DNA of 64,000 nt from Bacillales bacterium UBA743 (GTDB lineage: Bacteria; Bacillota_I; Bacilli_A; RFN20; CAG-826): contig DBKT01000011.1 of NCBI GenBank assembly GCA_002297365.1, positions 210,650 through 274,649 of the forward strand, in the 5' to 3' direction. The translations under genes and the position numbers were made by a program. Positions 1 through 9,502 of this stretch are shown here, piece after piece (the stretch's first letter is position 1; each line of letters begins with the position of its first letter). The notes beneath the pieces are model-generated. The model was not told the DNA's origin. It saw only the letters and a list, made by a program, of their open reading frames with translations, and made no database searches.

Positions 1-681
1 GACGACCGTTTCCTTTCCACTCCAGAATTAGCCTTAACGCAGGCCATTTCTTATTATCATATAATGGCTAAGCTATCTTTAGATGATTTGAATTTGGCTT
101 TAAACGCTTTTCTTGAAAGGGATGTGAGCAAGAAAGAGGAAATCGACGCTTTAGAGAATAAGGTTTTGCACATGTCAAAAGAATTGAGCGGATTTTTGGT
201 TCAAATTGCAGCCAAAGACGTAAGCGAGGATTCGCAAAAACGCATCTCGAGAATGCAGCTTGATATAGCGGATATCATCCGCTTTACGGAGGTTGCGGAC
301 AATATCACGGGCTACACCCGTCATGAAGTCGAGGATGAGCTTACTTTCTCTCCCATCGTTTTAATGGATGTCAAGGAGATGCAAATTCTCCTGAATAAAA
401 TGTTCGAAGAAGTAAATAAAATCGTGGATAAGCCATCTTTAGAGCAATTAGAAGTGGTAAGAATGATGGAAGATGGGATCGATAGCAAAAGAACATCCAT
501 GGTACACGGTCATTTAAAACGCTTGGAAAATGGGGAATGCAAACCGCAGAATTCCAACGTCTTCATCAATTTAGTCGGAAACCTGGAGCGTTGCGGCGAC
601 CATTTGAATTTCATTGCCGAACGCTCATCTTCCGATATCCTTCCTAAAGGAGAGGAAGATGCCATAAGCCTGCATCCGTAG
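1..681 (+). CDS. PhoU-domain protein with two PhoU-like repeats. The reading frame is open to the window start, so this is either a stand-alone PhoU-like regulator starting at the ATG at 64, or the C-terminal part of a Na/Pi-cotransporter-type protein.
   Basis: Long ORF in this frame with no stop back to position 1. Two PhoU-type helical repeats, the second with the E..D...(N/D) signature (NLERCGDHLNFIAE). No SD before the ATG at 64. Confidence 0.5.
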   Translation, partial: DDRFLSTPELALTQAISYYHIMAKLSLDDLNLALNAFLERDVSKKEEIDALENKVLHMSKELSGFLVQIAAKDVSEDSQKRISRMQLDIADIIRFTEVADNITGYTRHEVEDELTFSPIVLMDVKEMQILLNKMFEEVNKIVDKPSLEQLEVVRMMEDGIDSKRTSMVHGHLKRLENGECKPQNSNVFINLVGNLERCGDHLNFIAERSSSDILPKGEEDAISLHP

Positions 682-769
682 TTCTGTAAACGTTTTCAAA
701 TAAGAGAAGAATCGCTTCCTTTTTAAATCAGGGCTTTTCAAGATAAAATACAACCGCGGAGGGAAAAGC

Positions 770-1501
770 ATGTTTCTTTATTACGTTCGACACGGAGAGC
801 CAAATTATGAATTGGATTGCTTGACCGAAAAAGGAAAAAAACAAGCTCAGGCAATAGCTGCATTTTTTAAGAAAGTCGGCATCCAGAAAATATACGCATC
901 CACAATGGGGAGAGCTCAAGAGACCGCCAGCCCTACCGCAGACGAATTTCATCTCCCCATCTTGCCCTGCTCTTGGGCTAGAGAGGATGTTGCTTGGAAG
1001 AATTTCTCCGCCCCGATTGACGAACATCATAGAACATGGTTATTTTGGCACCCAAAATGGGCTGAGGAGTTCCAAAAGAAGGAAACGAGGGAAGCGGGGT
1101 ACGCATTCTACGACCTTCCCGTTTATAAGGATTGCAACATCAAGAAGGGAATCGAATCAACCGATAAGGCCGTGGACCGATTTATGGAAGAGCTCGGCTT
1201 CCGGCACGAGAGAGAAAAGGCCTGTTACAAACAAATAAAGAAAAATGACGACAATGTCGTTTTATTCGCCCACCACGGTTTTGGCTTGGCTTTTCTTTCT
1301 TCTTTGCTAGACATCCCTTATTCCTTCTTTTCGCTAAGGTTTGATATGGGGCACACCTCCTATTCCCTCATCCAATTTGAAGCGGATGAAAAGGGGAGAG
1401 TCATACCGAAAATAATTCACTTATCGGATGATGCCCATCTTCATGTGGGCGGATTATTCCAAAAAGAAAACCCTTCCCAAATATACATAGAAGAAAAATA
1501 G
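770..1501 (+). CDS. Histidine phosphatase superfamily protein (phosphoglycerate-mutase-like)
   Basis: N-terminal RHGE catalytic motif (YVRHGEPNYE). A conserved His lies in the C-terminal HHGF region. SD GGAGGG upstream of the ATG. Confidence 0.7.
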   Translation: MFLYYVRHGEPNYELDCLTEKGKKQAQAIAAFFKKVGIQKIYASTMGRAQETASPTADEFHLPILPCSWAREDVAWKNFSAPIDEHHRTWLFWHPKWAEEFQKKETREAGYAFYDLPVYKDCNIKKGIESTDKAVDRFMEELGFRHEREKACYKQIKKNDDNVVLFAHHGFGLAFLSSLLDIPYSFFSLRFDMGHTSYSLIQFEADEKGRVIPKIIHLSDDAHLHVGGLFQKENPSQIYIEEK

Positions 1502-1512
1502 AGGACGCATAT

Positions 1513-2622
1513 ATGGAAGAACAAACAAACAGAGAACAAACAAAATCCAAATCCAAACTCTTTTGGAAAAACCTTAAAGAGAAAGCCATGACCACCACAA
1601 ACGGCATGGCCATCGGTTTATTCGGGACTTTAATCATAGGGACAATATTGGATTTATTCGCTCAGATCCCCTTCCTTTCCTCCTTATCAGAATGGACGGC
1701 GGTAATCAAAGGGCTTATGGGAGCTGGAATCGGTTTAGGCGTGGCTCTTTCTTTAAAAAAGAGCGGGGTTGTCCTCGTCGCATCCATGGCCGCCGGCCTT
1801 ATTGGGAATTACGCATTTGATTTCACTAATGGAAAAGTAACTTCCATAGGGGATCCTCTATCTTGCTACATCAGCTCCGTTCTTTGCCTTTTAGCCATCC
1901 GATACATCATGAGAAAAAAGACCCCCGTCGACATTATTTTATTGCCGCTTGTCGGCCTTCTTTTCTCTTTGCTTTATTCTTTCCTTCTTGCTCAATATGT
2001 GCACTATATCACGGTAGGAATTGGCTGGGTTATCGAGAAATCGTTCACGGTTGTTCCTTTCCTTATGTGCATCATCATTTCCGTGCTCGTTGGCATGGCT
2101 TTGACGGCCCCGATTTCTTCGGTTGCAATATGCGTTGCCATTTCCATCGGAAACGTGCCTTTAGCCGCGTGCGCCGCTTTAATCGGAACATCCGTCCAAA
2201 TGGTCGGATTTGCCTTAGAAACGGCCTATGACAATAAATGGGGTTCGGTTATAGCCGTTGGGATAGGGACATCCATGCTGCAATTTAAAAACATCGTCCG
2301 CAAACCCTTAATTTGGTTGCCAACGATCATTGTTTCGGCGATCTTAGGGCCTTTTGCAATGCTAATGCCTATCCAAAATGCGGAATACTATGCTCAAAAG
2401 GGCATGACCTCATCTTTGTCTGTCGCAGGCGGCATGGGGACGAGCGGCTTGGTAGGGCCCTTGAATATGCTTGCAGCCAATAACTATGATTGGATACTCA
2501 TTATTGAGGTGATTGTATTCTGCGTGCTTCTTCCTCTTCTCCTCGTTTTTGGCGTTGATTTCCTTTTCCGCAAATTAGGTTGGATCAAAAAAGGTGATTT
2601 CGCTTTGGAAAACGACCTTTGA
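1513..2622 (+). CDS. Polytopic integral membrane permease (PTS EIIC-like/uncharacterised transporter superfamily)
   Basis: 369-aa ORF with about 10 hydrophobic helices rich in Gly/Ala. SD AGAGGA upstream. Confidence 0.4.
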   Translation: MEEQTNREQTKSKSKLFWKNLKEKAMTTTNGMAIGLFGTLIIGTILDLFAQIPFLSSLSEWTAVIKGLMGAGIGLGVALSLKKSGVVLVASMAAGLIGNYAFDFTNGKVTSIGDPLSCYISSVLCLLAIRYIMRKKTPVDIILLPLVGLLFSLLYSFLLAQYVHYITVGIGWVIEKSFTVVPFLMCIIISVLVGMALTAPISSVAICVAISIGNVPLAACAALIGTSVQMVGFALETAYDNKWGSVIAVGIGTSMLQFKNIVRKPLIWLPTIIVSAILGPFAMLMPIQNAEYYAQKGMTSSLSVAGGMGTSGLVGPLNMLAANNYDWILIIEVIVFCVLLPLLLVFGVDFLFRKLGWIKKGDFALENDL

Positions 2623-2934
2623 TTAGCATCCTTTCCCATTAAGAGAACAGGACTTATGCTCATTTATGAATGGGGTAAGCCCTTTTTCTTTTAAATAGGC
2701 CTGCCAATCGGTGAAAACCTCTCCATCTTCTTTGATGATGGCAGGAAGGCCGATATCGTGAATGGCTTTCAAGTGGTCGAATACGGAAGAGGTGTCGCGA
2801 TAAAAGAGGAATTCCTTTAAGTTCTTAAGGTTTTTCATCACGTCGATGAATTCATAGGAAATCCCATAATGATCGAAATTCTTTTTGCAGGCGATGCAAT
2901 CAGGGCAAAGCTCGTTTCCGTATATTTTTAACAT
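2623..2934 (-). CDS. Glutaredoxin-like protein (thioredoxin fold, CPDC active site)
   Basis: 103 aa. CPDC redox motif near the N-terminus, typical of small glutaredoxin/NrdH-like proteins. Strong SD AAGGAGGAGGGG upstream. Its start overlaps the stop of the preceding gene by 7 bp. Confidence 0.6.
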   Translation of the reverse strand: MLKIYGNELCPDCIACKKNFDHYGISYEFIDVMKNLKNLKEFLFYRDTSSVFDHLKAIHDIGLPAIIKEDGEVFTDWQAYLKEKGLTPFINEHKSCSLNGKGC

Positions 2935-3452
2935 GTTGTCCCCTCCTCCTTATTTCCATTTAGTTTCACGATAATCGGTTCATGATGAACCATAGGCAGG
3001 AATTTATGAAACAAATCGGCGCGTTCAATTTTGATAGTCATGGTGTTCATGCAGGGATGGAATCCTAGGTATTTCTCTTTCAAGAGGTCTTCATCAATTA
3101 ATAGCTGAACTTTGTTTTCTTCATCAAAGAACAGACCAAGAACGCTCGTAGATCCCTTAAAGCAGTGCAAATCCTCCGCAAGAGTCTCATCGCTTGCAAA
3201 GGAAAGGCGGGCGGAATGGATCTGTTTCGAAAGCTCTTTGGTTTTAAAGCGTTTTTCTCCAGGCATTACCAGCAAATAGAACCTGTTATGCTGCTGGTTA
3301 TTCAAAAAGAGATTCTTCGGAATCAGAACGTCCATCTCTTTTTCGATTTCCGCATAATTGTCCATCGAAAATAATGGTTCGTGTTCCTTATATTGAAAAG
3401 AAATGCCCCAGGAGTTTAATGCATCAAGTATTTCTTTCTCGTTCTTTTCCAT
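2928..3452 (-). CDS. YbaK/ProX-family aminoacyl-tRNA deacylase (Cys-tRNA(Pro)/Ala-tRNA(Pro) editing protein)
   Basis: 174 aa. Conserved ProX-type motifs (GSTSVLGLFF, HPCMNTMTI). Confidence 0.65.
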   Translation of the reverse strand: MEKNEKEILDALNSWGISFQYKEHEPLFSMDNYAEIEKEMDVLIPKNLFLNNQQHNRFYLLVMPGEKRFKTKELSKQIHSARLSFASDETLAEDLHCFKGSTSVLGLFFDEENKVQLLIDEDLLKEKYLGFHPCMNTMTIKIERADLFHKFLPMVHHEPIIVKLNGNKEEGTTC

Positions 3453-3498
3453 CTATTTTCCTTTTGCGTGGTTTTTTTAAAAAGAGCGGACCCATTAG

Positions 3499-4743
3499 CT
3501 ATTTCTCTGCCGCGGTGCCAGATAATAGATCCGTTATGGCAGGATCAAAATTAATCACAAGATGAACCTCTTTCCCATATCGATTGCGGATAAAGGAATA
3601 TAGCTCATCCTTTATTTTTCTATGTTCCTTCTCGTTATCCATCTCATTCGGAACAATCATGTCAAAAATAACGTTAACGTGCTCTCTTCCAGAGAGAATG
3701 CGAAAATCATGGATATGGATGTTTTTCTTTGTTTGGGAAATGTACTCTTCCACAAGCACTTTGTATTTTTCCGTATCGGGATCGTCCACAAGAATGGGAT
3801 CCATATGAACGGTTAGATGGATCCGAAGTTTGTTTAACGCGTCTTTTTCTAATTCGTCGCATAGCTCATGCGACACCATAACATCCACTTTAGAATCCAC
3901 CTCGACATGGATAACCCCGAAAAGAAGATGACCGTAGGAATGTATTTCCAAATCGTGAATCCCCAAGACCCCTTTATGGGAAAGCAAAAGAGAAACCAGG
4001 GATTTAATTAGTTCCTCGCTTGGATGCTCTCCAACAAGGGAATTGGCCGCTTCCTTGATAATTCCGCTACCAGAGACAACAACAAGGATAGCAACAGCCA
4101 AAGTAAAGAAGCAATCGATGTTATATCCCGTAAAGAAAGTGATTAGCAATCCGATGATGACCATAAATGTTGAAATGCAGTCATTCAAAGCGTCTTTGCC
4201 TAAGGCTTTTAATTGCTGGTTGGAGATTTTCTTCCCATAGGAAAAATAGATAGAGGATTGAACGACTTTTATGAAAATGGCCAAGATAAGCAAAATCAAA
4301 GAAACCAAGAACATGGTATCGGATATTTTGCTAGTAACTGGTTTGCCCGTTTCAATCATCGTCTGGATGAAGACGACCAAATCCATCACGCCCTGATAAG
4401 CCATAATGGCCCCTAAAGCGATGATGACGCAGCCGATGATTAACGAAATGACGTATTCCGTTCTTTGATGACCATAAGGATGTTCCTTATCGGCTGGTTT
4501 GTAAGTGACTTTCACCCCGAAAACGCTAAGAGCGTTGTTCCCAAAATCGCTTAAGTTGTTAACGGAATCGGAAATCAAAGAAAACAAGCCAAGCATAAAG
4601 CCGATGGCGATCTTCGCTCCAAAAAGAAGGAAATTCGTCACCAAGCCAAAAAAGGAGGCAACCAAACCGTATTTCTTTTGGACGTCAGGGTCTTTCGTAT
4701 TCTTATAATTTTTAACAAAAATCTTTAATAGCAGTGTTCCCAT
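3499..4743 (-). CDS. Cation diffusion facilitator (CDF) family divalent-metal efflux transporter
   Basis: 6-TM N-terminal domain with SDSxxxxxD and HxxxD metal-site motifs (ISDSVNNLSD, HELCDELE) plus a C-terminal cytoplasmic domain, typical of CzcD/FieF-type transporters. Confidence 0.8.
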   Translation of the reverse strand: MGTLLLKIFVKNYKNTKDPDVQKKYGLVASFFGLVTNFLLFGAKIAIGFMLGLFSLISDSVNNLSDFGNNALSVFGVKVTYKPADKEHPYGHQRTEYVISLIIGCVIIALGAIMAYQGVMDLVVFIQTMIETGKPVTSKISDTMFLVSLILLILAIFIKVVQSSIYFSYGKKISNQQLKALGKDALNDCISTFMVIIGLLITFFTGYNIDCFFTLAVAILVVVSGSGIIKEAANSLVGEHPSEELIKSLVSLLLSHKGVLGIHDLEIHSYGHLLFGVIHVEVDSKVDVMVSHELCDELEKDALNKLRIHLTVHMDPILVDDPDTEKYKVLVEEYISQTKKNIHIHDFRILSGREHVNVIFDMIVPNEMDNEKEHRKIKDELYSFIRNRYGKEVHLVINFDPAITDLLSGTAAEK

Positions 4744-4790
4744 ACATTTCCATTCTATTTCTTTTGCTGCAGTATGTGAAAATTAACTCA

Positions 4791-7334
4791 TCACTCAATG
4801 TCTCTAGATGGATGGCAGGTAAAATAAACGATTTGCTCATTTTGAGATAGGTTTTCCACGAATTTCCTCGCCATATCCATATGGGTCTCATCTAAATCGG
4901 CAAAGATATCGTCCAAAATCAGGAATGGTTTTTCTTTCCCTTCAAAAATATTGTCTGTGATGGCAAGACGATAAGAGAGAGCGCATAACGTCATTTCTCC
5001 AGAAGAGAGATATTCCGCCCCACTTCTTTTCCCATCGCGAAGGAAGCTCACGTTAAAGTTCGGATCCATTTCGATTTCTTCGCCTAAAACGTTTTCCAGA
5101 TTCTGGGAGTATTTCTTAAATTGGTTTTCAACAGGGGAAATATATCTTCTTTTTAATGACTCTTCCGCATCCGTAAGAGCGGCAAGGGTTTTTGATACGA
5201 TTTCATAGTCTTTTTTTAGTTTTGCTAGGTTTTCTTTTTCCTCTGGCAAGGAAGAAACATCGTCTTCCAAAGAAGAAATGTTTCTTTCATCTTCATCGAT
5301 TTGCGAAGAAAGGGTCTGGCGTTCGTTAATTTCCTTTTCTAATTCTTGAGAAAGGGCATTTAGATCGATTTCTTCAAGAGTAGACGGCCTTTCGGCTAAG
5401 TGTTCCTTTTCTTTGAATGAGGCAAGATCGTCTTTTTGCTTTGCAAGTTCTTTTTCCTTGTTTTGGAGAGTGTTTCGATCAATTGGAAGCTGGCTTAAAT
5501 AGGCATTTGGCTCACCCATGTTGTATTTTTGGACAAGCTCTTTGATCTTTTGCCCTTCTTCCTGAATCTTTCGATCTAGCTCTTTTCTTTGCTCTTCAAG
5601 CTGTTCTTCCTTTCGAAGATAGAAAGAGTATTTCTTTGCGTCAGAAGAAAGATTCATCAAAAGATTGGCATAGTCATTTCCTTTATAGTGATAGCGAGAG
5701 AAATTCTCTTGAAGGATTTTCTCTTTTGCTAAGCAGGAAAGTCTATTTTGCTCGTTGATTTGATTCAGCTCTTTTTCGCGTTGGAGTGTTTTTAAATAGG
5801 AATTGTATTTCGCTTTAAAGAGAGCGAAAGAGCCTTCTAATTCGTTCTCTTCCACTGCAAATGACTTAAAAGTCGAAGAAAGCGAAATCCTTAATTCCGT
5901 AAGGTTTTCTTCCGTTTTTTTCTTTTGAGGATTGGGAATATTCTCGCTAGCAGGCATCATTGCTCTTCTCTTTTTTTCATGAAGATAATGAAGGGCAGGG
6001 ATAAGTAACAAGATAGCCCATGACGCAAACAAGGAGTAAAAGGCAGGATGAACGAAGATTCCTAAAAGGATCGCCCCTATAGAGCAAATGAGAGATAAAA
6101 AGAAATAGACAAGAAGAGAGGCCTTTAGTGAGATTTTCTTTTGCTCAACAGGAACCGAAATCTGATCTGGTTCCTTCTCGTACATCTCTTTAAGACAACG
6201 ATAATTTATCATCATTTCCTCTAAGTGTTTCAAATTTACGTTTCTGCCATCAAAAAGACGAACAAGGGAAGTTTCTTCTTGCGACAATTTTAAAGGATCT
6301 TTGCTTTTTTCGCTGTTATAGGCAAGCACCAAGCTCTGGAGATCATTTAAAGCGGAGGAGCTAGGCACACCTCCTTCAAAACGGAGCTTCAAGTTGTCGT
6401 ACTCTTCTTTTTCGGCGTTGGATAATTTCAGATTGGCATAGGAATTGCCATCTAATTTATATTGCTCAAGTAGGCTTTTTGCGGAATTTTCTTCGGCTAA
6501 GGAAATCATTCCAAGAGGATATTTATCTTTCAATTGCTGAATTTCTTTTTCCTTTTCTTCGATCTTCTCTTTTTCGCGATCATAGTTTTCCCAGCTTTTT
6601 ATCAGCGCATTATGAGAGACGGCTTCCTTGTTTTTATTCTGAATAGTAGAAATATTCTTATCTAATTCTTGAAGCCTTTCATATTTAGCGGGCATTGCGT
6701 CTTTCATATCGCTAAGATTTGTCTCTTGCATTTCGAGATCGTTGATTTTGCTCATTTCCAAAGCAATAAGGCCTTTTGTATCTGCGTTTTTCTGGGGTTT
6801 GTATTTCTTTTTTAGGTTCTCAAGAGATTCTTTTACAGCCGGGAAATCGCATCCATCGGAGGAGCCTTCCACAAAATGGGACATTTTCGCATTAAGCGTT
6901 TCGCTCGAGGAAATTTCTAAATCCTTAGGCGAAATGAAGATGGTTCGGTTGAAGGAATCTAAGTCCAAGCCGAAAATCACGTTGCCAGGAACCTCTCCGA
7001 GTTCCTTGGTTTCGATTCCGTTTTTATAGCAGACTAATGTATCGTCTTTCGGCGTTTTTCCTTTGAAAGAACGCTCTATGGCATATCGATTTTCCTTCCA
7101 TTCGAAGTCCAAAGAGCCTCCGCAAGGCGAACCGTCAAGAGGCATGGCCCTTTTGCGATCGTTGTTCGCTTTGTTTGCTTTTTCCAAGCCGTAAAACATC
7201 GCGCGGATAAAAGAAGCAAGGCTGCTTTTCCCAAAGCCGTTTTTCTCGCAAATGGAAGTTAAGGATCCCTTAAAATCGATGGTCTTGTTTTTCCAATTCC
7301 CAAAACCCAAGATATGGCATTTCAATAATTTCAT
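4791..7334 (-). CDS. SbcC/Rad50-like AAA ATPase with long coiled-coil and an internal double transmembrane segment (Bacillus YhaN-like)
   Basis: N-terminal Walker A (GFGNWKNKTIDF...EKNGFGKSS). Extensive K/E-rich coiled-coil. C-terminal signature/Walker B-D loop (LSSGEMTLCALSYRLA...FLILDDIFADLDE). Two adjacent TM helices around aa 400-450. Overlaps the upstream nuclease gene by 4 bp. Confidence 0.7.
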   Translation of the reverse strand: MKLLKCHILGFGNWKNKTIDFKGSLTSICEKNGFGKSSLASFIRAMFYGLEKANKANNDRKRAMPLDGSPCGGSLDFEWKENRYAIERSFKGKTPKDDTLVCYKNGIETKELGEVPGNVIFGLDLDSFNRTIFISPKDLEISSSETLNAKMSHFVEGSSDGCDFPAVKESLENLKKKYKPQKNADTKGLIALEMSKINDLEMQETNLSDMKDAMPAKYERLQELDKNISTIQNKNKEAVSHNALIKSWENYDREKEKIEEKEKEIQQLKDKYPLGMISLAEENSAKSLLEQYKLDGNSYANLKLSNAEKEEYDNLKLRFEGGVPSSSALNDLQSLVLAYNSEKSKDPLKLSQEETSLVRLFDGRNVNLKHLEEMMINYRCLKEMYEKEPDQISVPVEQKKISLKASLLVYFFLSLICSIGAILLGIFVHPAFYSLFASWAILLLIPALHYLHEKKRRAMMPASENIPNPQKKKTEENLTELRISLSSTFKSFAVEENELEGSFALFKAKYNSYLKTLQREKELNQINEQNRLSCLAKEKILQENFSRYHYKGNDYANLLMNLSSDAKKYSFYLRKEEQLEEQRKELDRKIQEEGQKIKELVQKYNMGEPNAYLSQLPIDRNTLQNKEKELAKQKDDLASFKEKEHLAERPSTLEEIDLNALSQELEKEINERQTLSSQIDEDERNISSLEDDVSSLPEEKENLAKLKKDYEIVSKTLAALTDAEESLKRRYISPVENQFKKYSQNLENVLGEEIEMDPNFNVSFLRDGKRSGAEYLSSGEMTLCALSYRLAITDNIFEGKEKPFLILDDIFADLDETHMDMARKFVENLSQNEQIVYFTCHPSRDIE

Positions 7335-8392
7335 AAATCAAGCTCCCTTCCTTCCAAAGCTTTTAGCCCTAAAGCGACGATTCGTTTTTTATCTTCTTCG
7401 CTTAAATCCGTATTTGCATACACGCCCCTGACGAATTCTCCTTTTAAGGAAAGATCGTTTTCATATTTTTTAGGATCGATTAGAGGCGTTGTCTTATCCT
7501 TCACGTTCACAAAATAAGCATCGTTTTTTAGATAGCTTTCGATATCTTTTGCTGAAAAGGAAGAGTCAAAAGGCACCTCCCCAATCAAATTAATGCGATA
7601 TATGTCTTTGGAATTGAACGACGCTTCTTTTTCCACCTTATCGATGATAGCTGGGATGTTGCTTAACGAAGATATATCTACGTTTATTTCGCGTATTACC
7701 CGTTCGCAGAATGGGTGGAAAGAATAGGACAGTTTATCTCCGTTCGCATCCAGAAGAACAAAACCCTTTTCACCCGTTTCATCAAAGCCTCGGCCTTCTA
7801 GGCATCCAGAATAGGCATAACGCCCTCTTTTGTCGATTTCCCCGTCTTCAAAGGAATGGATATGGCCCAAGGCTAAATAATCGATGTTCTTGTTCTTCAA
7901 ATTGGATAGTTTTATTTTTTCCAAACCAATCGAATCGCTCAACGTGCCGTGCAGCATCACAATATTGATGCGCTCAGGATTTAACGAAAGGGTGGAATAG
8001 AAGGACGTGGAATTATTTGGCCCTAATTCAAGACCGGTGACATCCACATTCCCATAGGAGTAAGTATGCCATTCCTCCCCAAATGTCTTTAAATTCGGGT
8101 ATACGTCCTCGTTCTTTTCCTCGGTATCATGATTGCCTCTAAGATATAAGAAATCAATATCCGGATATTGTTTAATAACATTATAAAAAGTATCTTTGTC
8201 TTTTTTAAAAGGCCTATCGGAATCAAAAACATCGCCACTTAGAAGAATGACGTGGATATCGTTTTCGTGAGCGTATTTTGCCAAACGTAAGAAAGAGTTG
8301 CGCACCTCCGCTTTTCTTTCCTCTGAAATATCTTTTAGCTTTGCTTCGATCTTTGATCCAAGATGCAAATCGGCAGCATGAATAATTTTCAT
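7331..8392 (-). CDS. SbcD/Mre11-family calcineurin-like metallophosphoesterase (DNA repair exonuclease, YhaO-like)
   Basis: Phosphoesterase motifs: DLHLG, GDVFD, GNHD and GHIH. Translationally coupled (ATGA overlap) to the downstream SbcC-like ATPase. Confidence 0.75.
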   Translation of the reverse strand: MKIIHAADLHLGSKIEAKLKDISEERKAEVRNSFLRLAKYAHENDIHVILLSGDVFDSDRPFKKDKDTFYNVIKQYPDIDFLYLRGNHDTEEKNEDVYPNLKTFGEEWHTYSYGNVDVTGLELGPNNSTSFYSTLSLNPERINIVMLHGTLSDSIGLEKIKLSNLKNKNIDYLALGHIHSFEDGEIDKRGRYAYSGCLEGRGFDETGEKGFVLLDANGDKLSYSFHPFCERVIREINVDISSLSNIPAIIDKVEKEASFNSKDIYRINLIGEVPFDSSFSAKDIESYLKNDAYFVNVKDKTTPLIDPKKYENDLSLKGEFVRGVYANTDLSEEDKKRIVALGLKALEGRELDL

Positions 8393-8791
8393 AAAGTTCC
8401 CTCACCTAAGCTTCTATTATTTTAACAGCAAGATGGCAAAGATAAGGAAGATTAAAAAACAAATAAAGGCGAAGGCTTCCTAAAACAAAAAAACGAAAAT
8501 CGCATCTCTAAACCAAAAAGCATCAGGGATGAAATCTCTAATCTAAATATAAATAAGAAATGAGCGCCTTTTATCCTAAAAGAGGAGGCTGCCATAGCAA
8601 GAAACACCCATAAATCCCAAATTTTGGTAATGTCGGCAAGACTTTTCCATTTTAAATCAGCGATCGATAAGCAAGAAACGCGAAAAATATCGCTTCTGCC
8701 CATCTTTTTTGATAACCATCTAGCAAAATTAATCCCATATGTACTTTTGTTAAATCGCTATTTAGAATAAAAATAAGGTAGTTGGATTCAT

Positions 8792-9499
8792 ATGTTAAAC
8801 GTTGCAATTGTTGAAGATGATGAAAAAGTAGCGGCCACAATTGAGACATTCTTACTATCCAAAAAAGAAGAATTCGAAATCACGAAATTTAAAAACGGCA
8901 AAGAATTCATTGATGACTTCCACGATGAATTCGATTTGATTTACATGGATATCGAGATGCCGGAAATCGACGGATTATCCGCTTCGGAAAAAGTTAGGGA
9001 AACCAATAAAAAAGTTCCGATTATTATCGTGTCTTATTCCCCAAAATATGCGGTGAAGGGATATAGCGTGAACGCTTTAGGGTATTTGGTGAAACCAATC
9101 AGCCAGGTAGATTTCAATAATTTACTCGAAAAAGCATTAAAGACGATCCAAGCCAATGAAGACTCTTCCATTTTCGTCTCGGTTAAAGACGGCATCCTGA
9201 AAGTTGACACCAACGATGTTCTTTATTTGGAGGTGAAGGGTCATTATTTGACATTTTATTTCGCAAACGATAAGGACCCGCTTGTCGTTAGAGGGCGAAT
9301 TGCCGATTATCAGGACATGCTTGGCAAGTACGGTTTTTCACGTTGCAATGAATGCTATTTGGTTAATCTTAAGCATGTCACGCAAGTATTGAGCGGAAAG
9401 AACCTTATTTATTTAAATGACGTAAGCTTGAATATCTCACGCTCAAAAAAGAAACGATTCTTAAGCGATTTCACGACTTTCGTTTCCGAAGGAATGTAA
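8792..9499 (+). CDS. LytTR/AgrA-family response regulator (REC + LytTR DNA-binding domain)
   Basis: REC domain with acidic pocket (VEDDE...YMDIEMPEIDG) and phospho-acceptor Asp. C-terminal LytTR-type domain (about 100 aa). Confidence 0.85.
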   Translation: MLNVAIVEDDEKVAATIETFLLSKKEEFEITKFKNGKEFIDDFHDEFDLIYMDIEMPEIDGLSASEKVRETNKKVPIIIVSYSPKYAVKGYSVNALGYLVKPISQVDFNNLLEKALKTIQANEDSSIFVSVKDGILKVDTNDVLYLEVKGHYLTFYFANDKDPLVVRGRIADYQDMLGKYGFSRCNECYLVNLKHVTQVLSGKNLIYLNDVSLNISRSKKKRFLSDFTTFVSEGM

Positions 9500-9502
9500 G
9501 TT

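Noticed and set aside
987-1238. Many short ORFs nested in or antisense to long, well-supported genes. Examples: 987..1238, 1863..2231, 3165..3374, 4043..4416, 6742..7029, 7711..7968, 9947..10267, 11035..11823, 12488..12976, 15345..16426, 18200..18574, 19926..20285, 21123..21586, 22533..23302, 28224..29511, 30111..30738, 33056..34076, 35469..35818, 40108..41426, 42601..44460, 44945..46525, 51313..54660, 55344..56626, 57378..58476, 60423..61497.
   Set aside because: They lie wholly within or opposite longer ORFs that have recognisable domains. They have low-complexity or Arg/Cys-rich odd composition, no SD and no motif. I treat them as frame artefacts.
8393-8791. Candidate autoinducing-peptide / AgrD-like small ORFs upstream of the LytTR system (for example MAKIRKIKKQIKAKAS at about 8433 and MSAFYPKRGGCHSKKHP at about 8565)
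   Set aside because: They have no SD, no amphipathic leader + Cys/Ser-containing core + acidic tail organisation, and there is no agrB-like gene. They are most likely chance ORFs.
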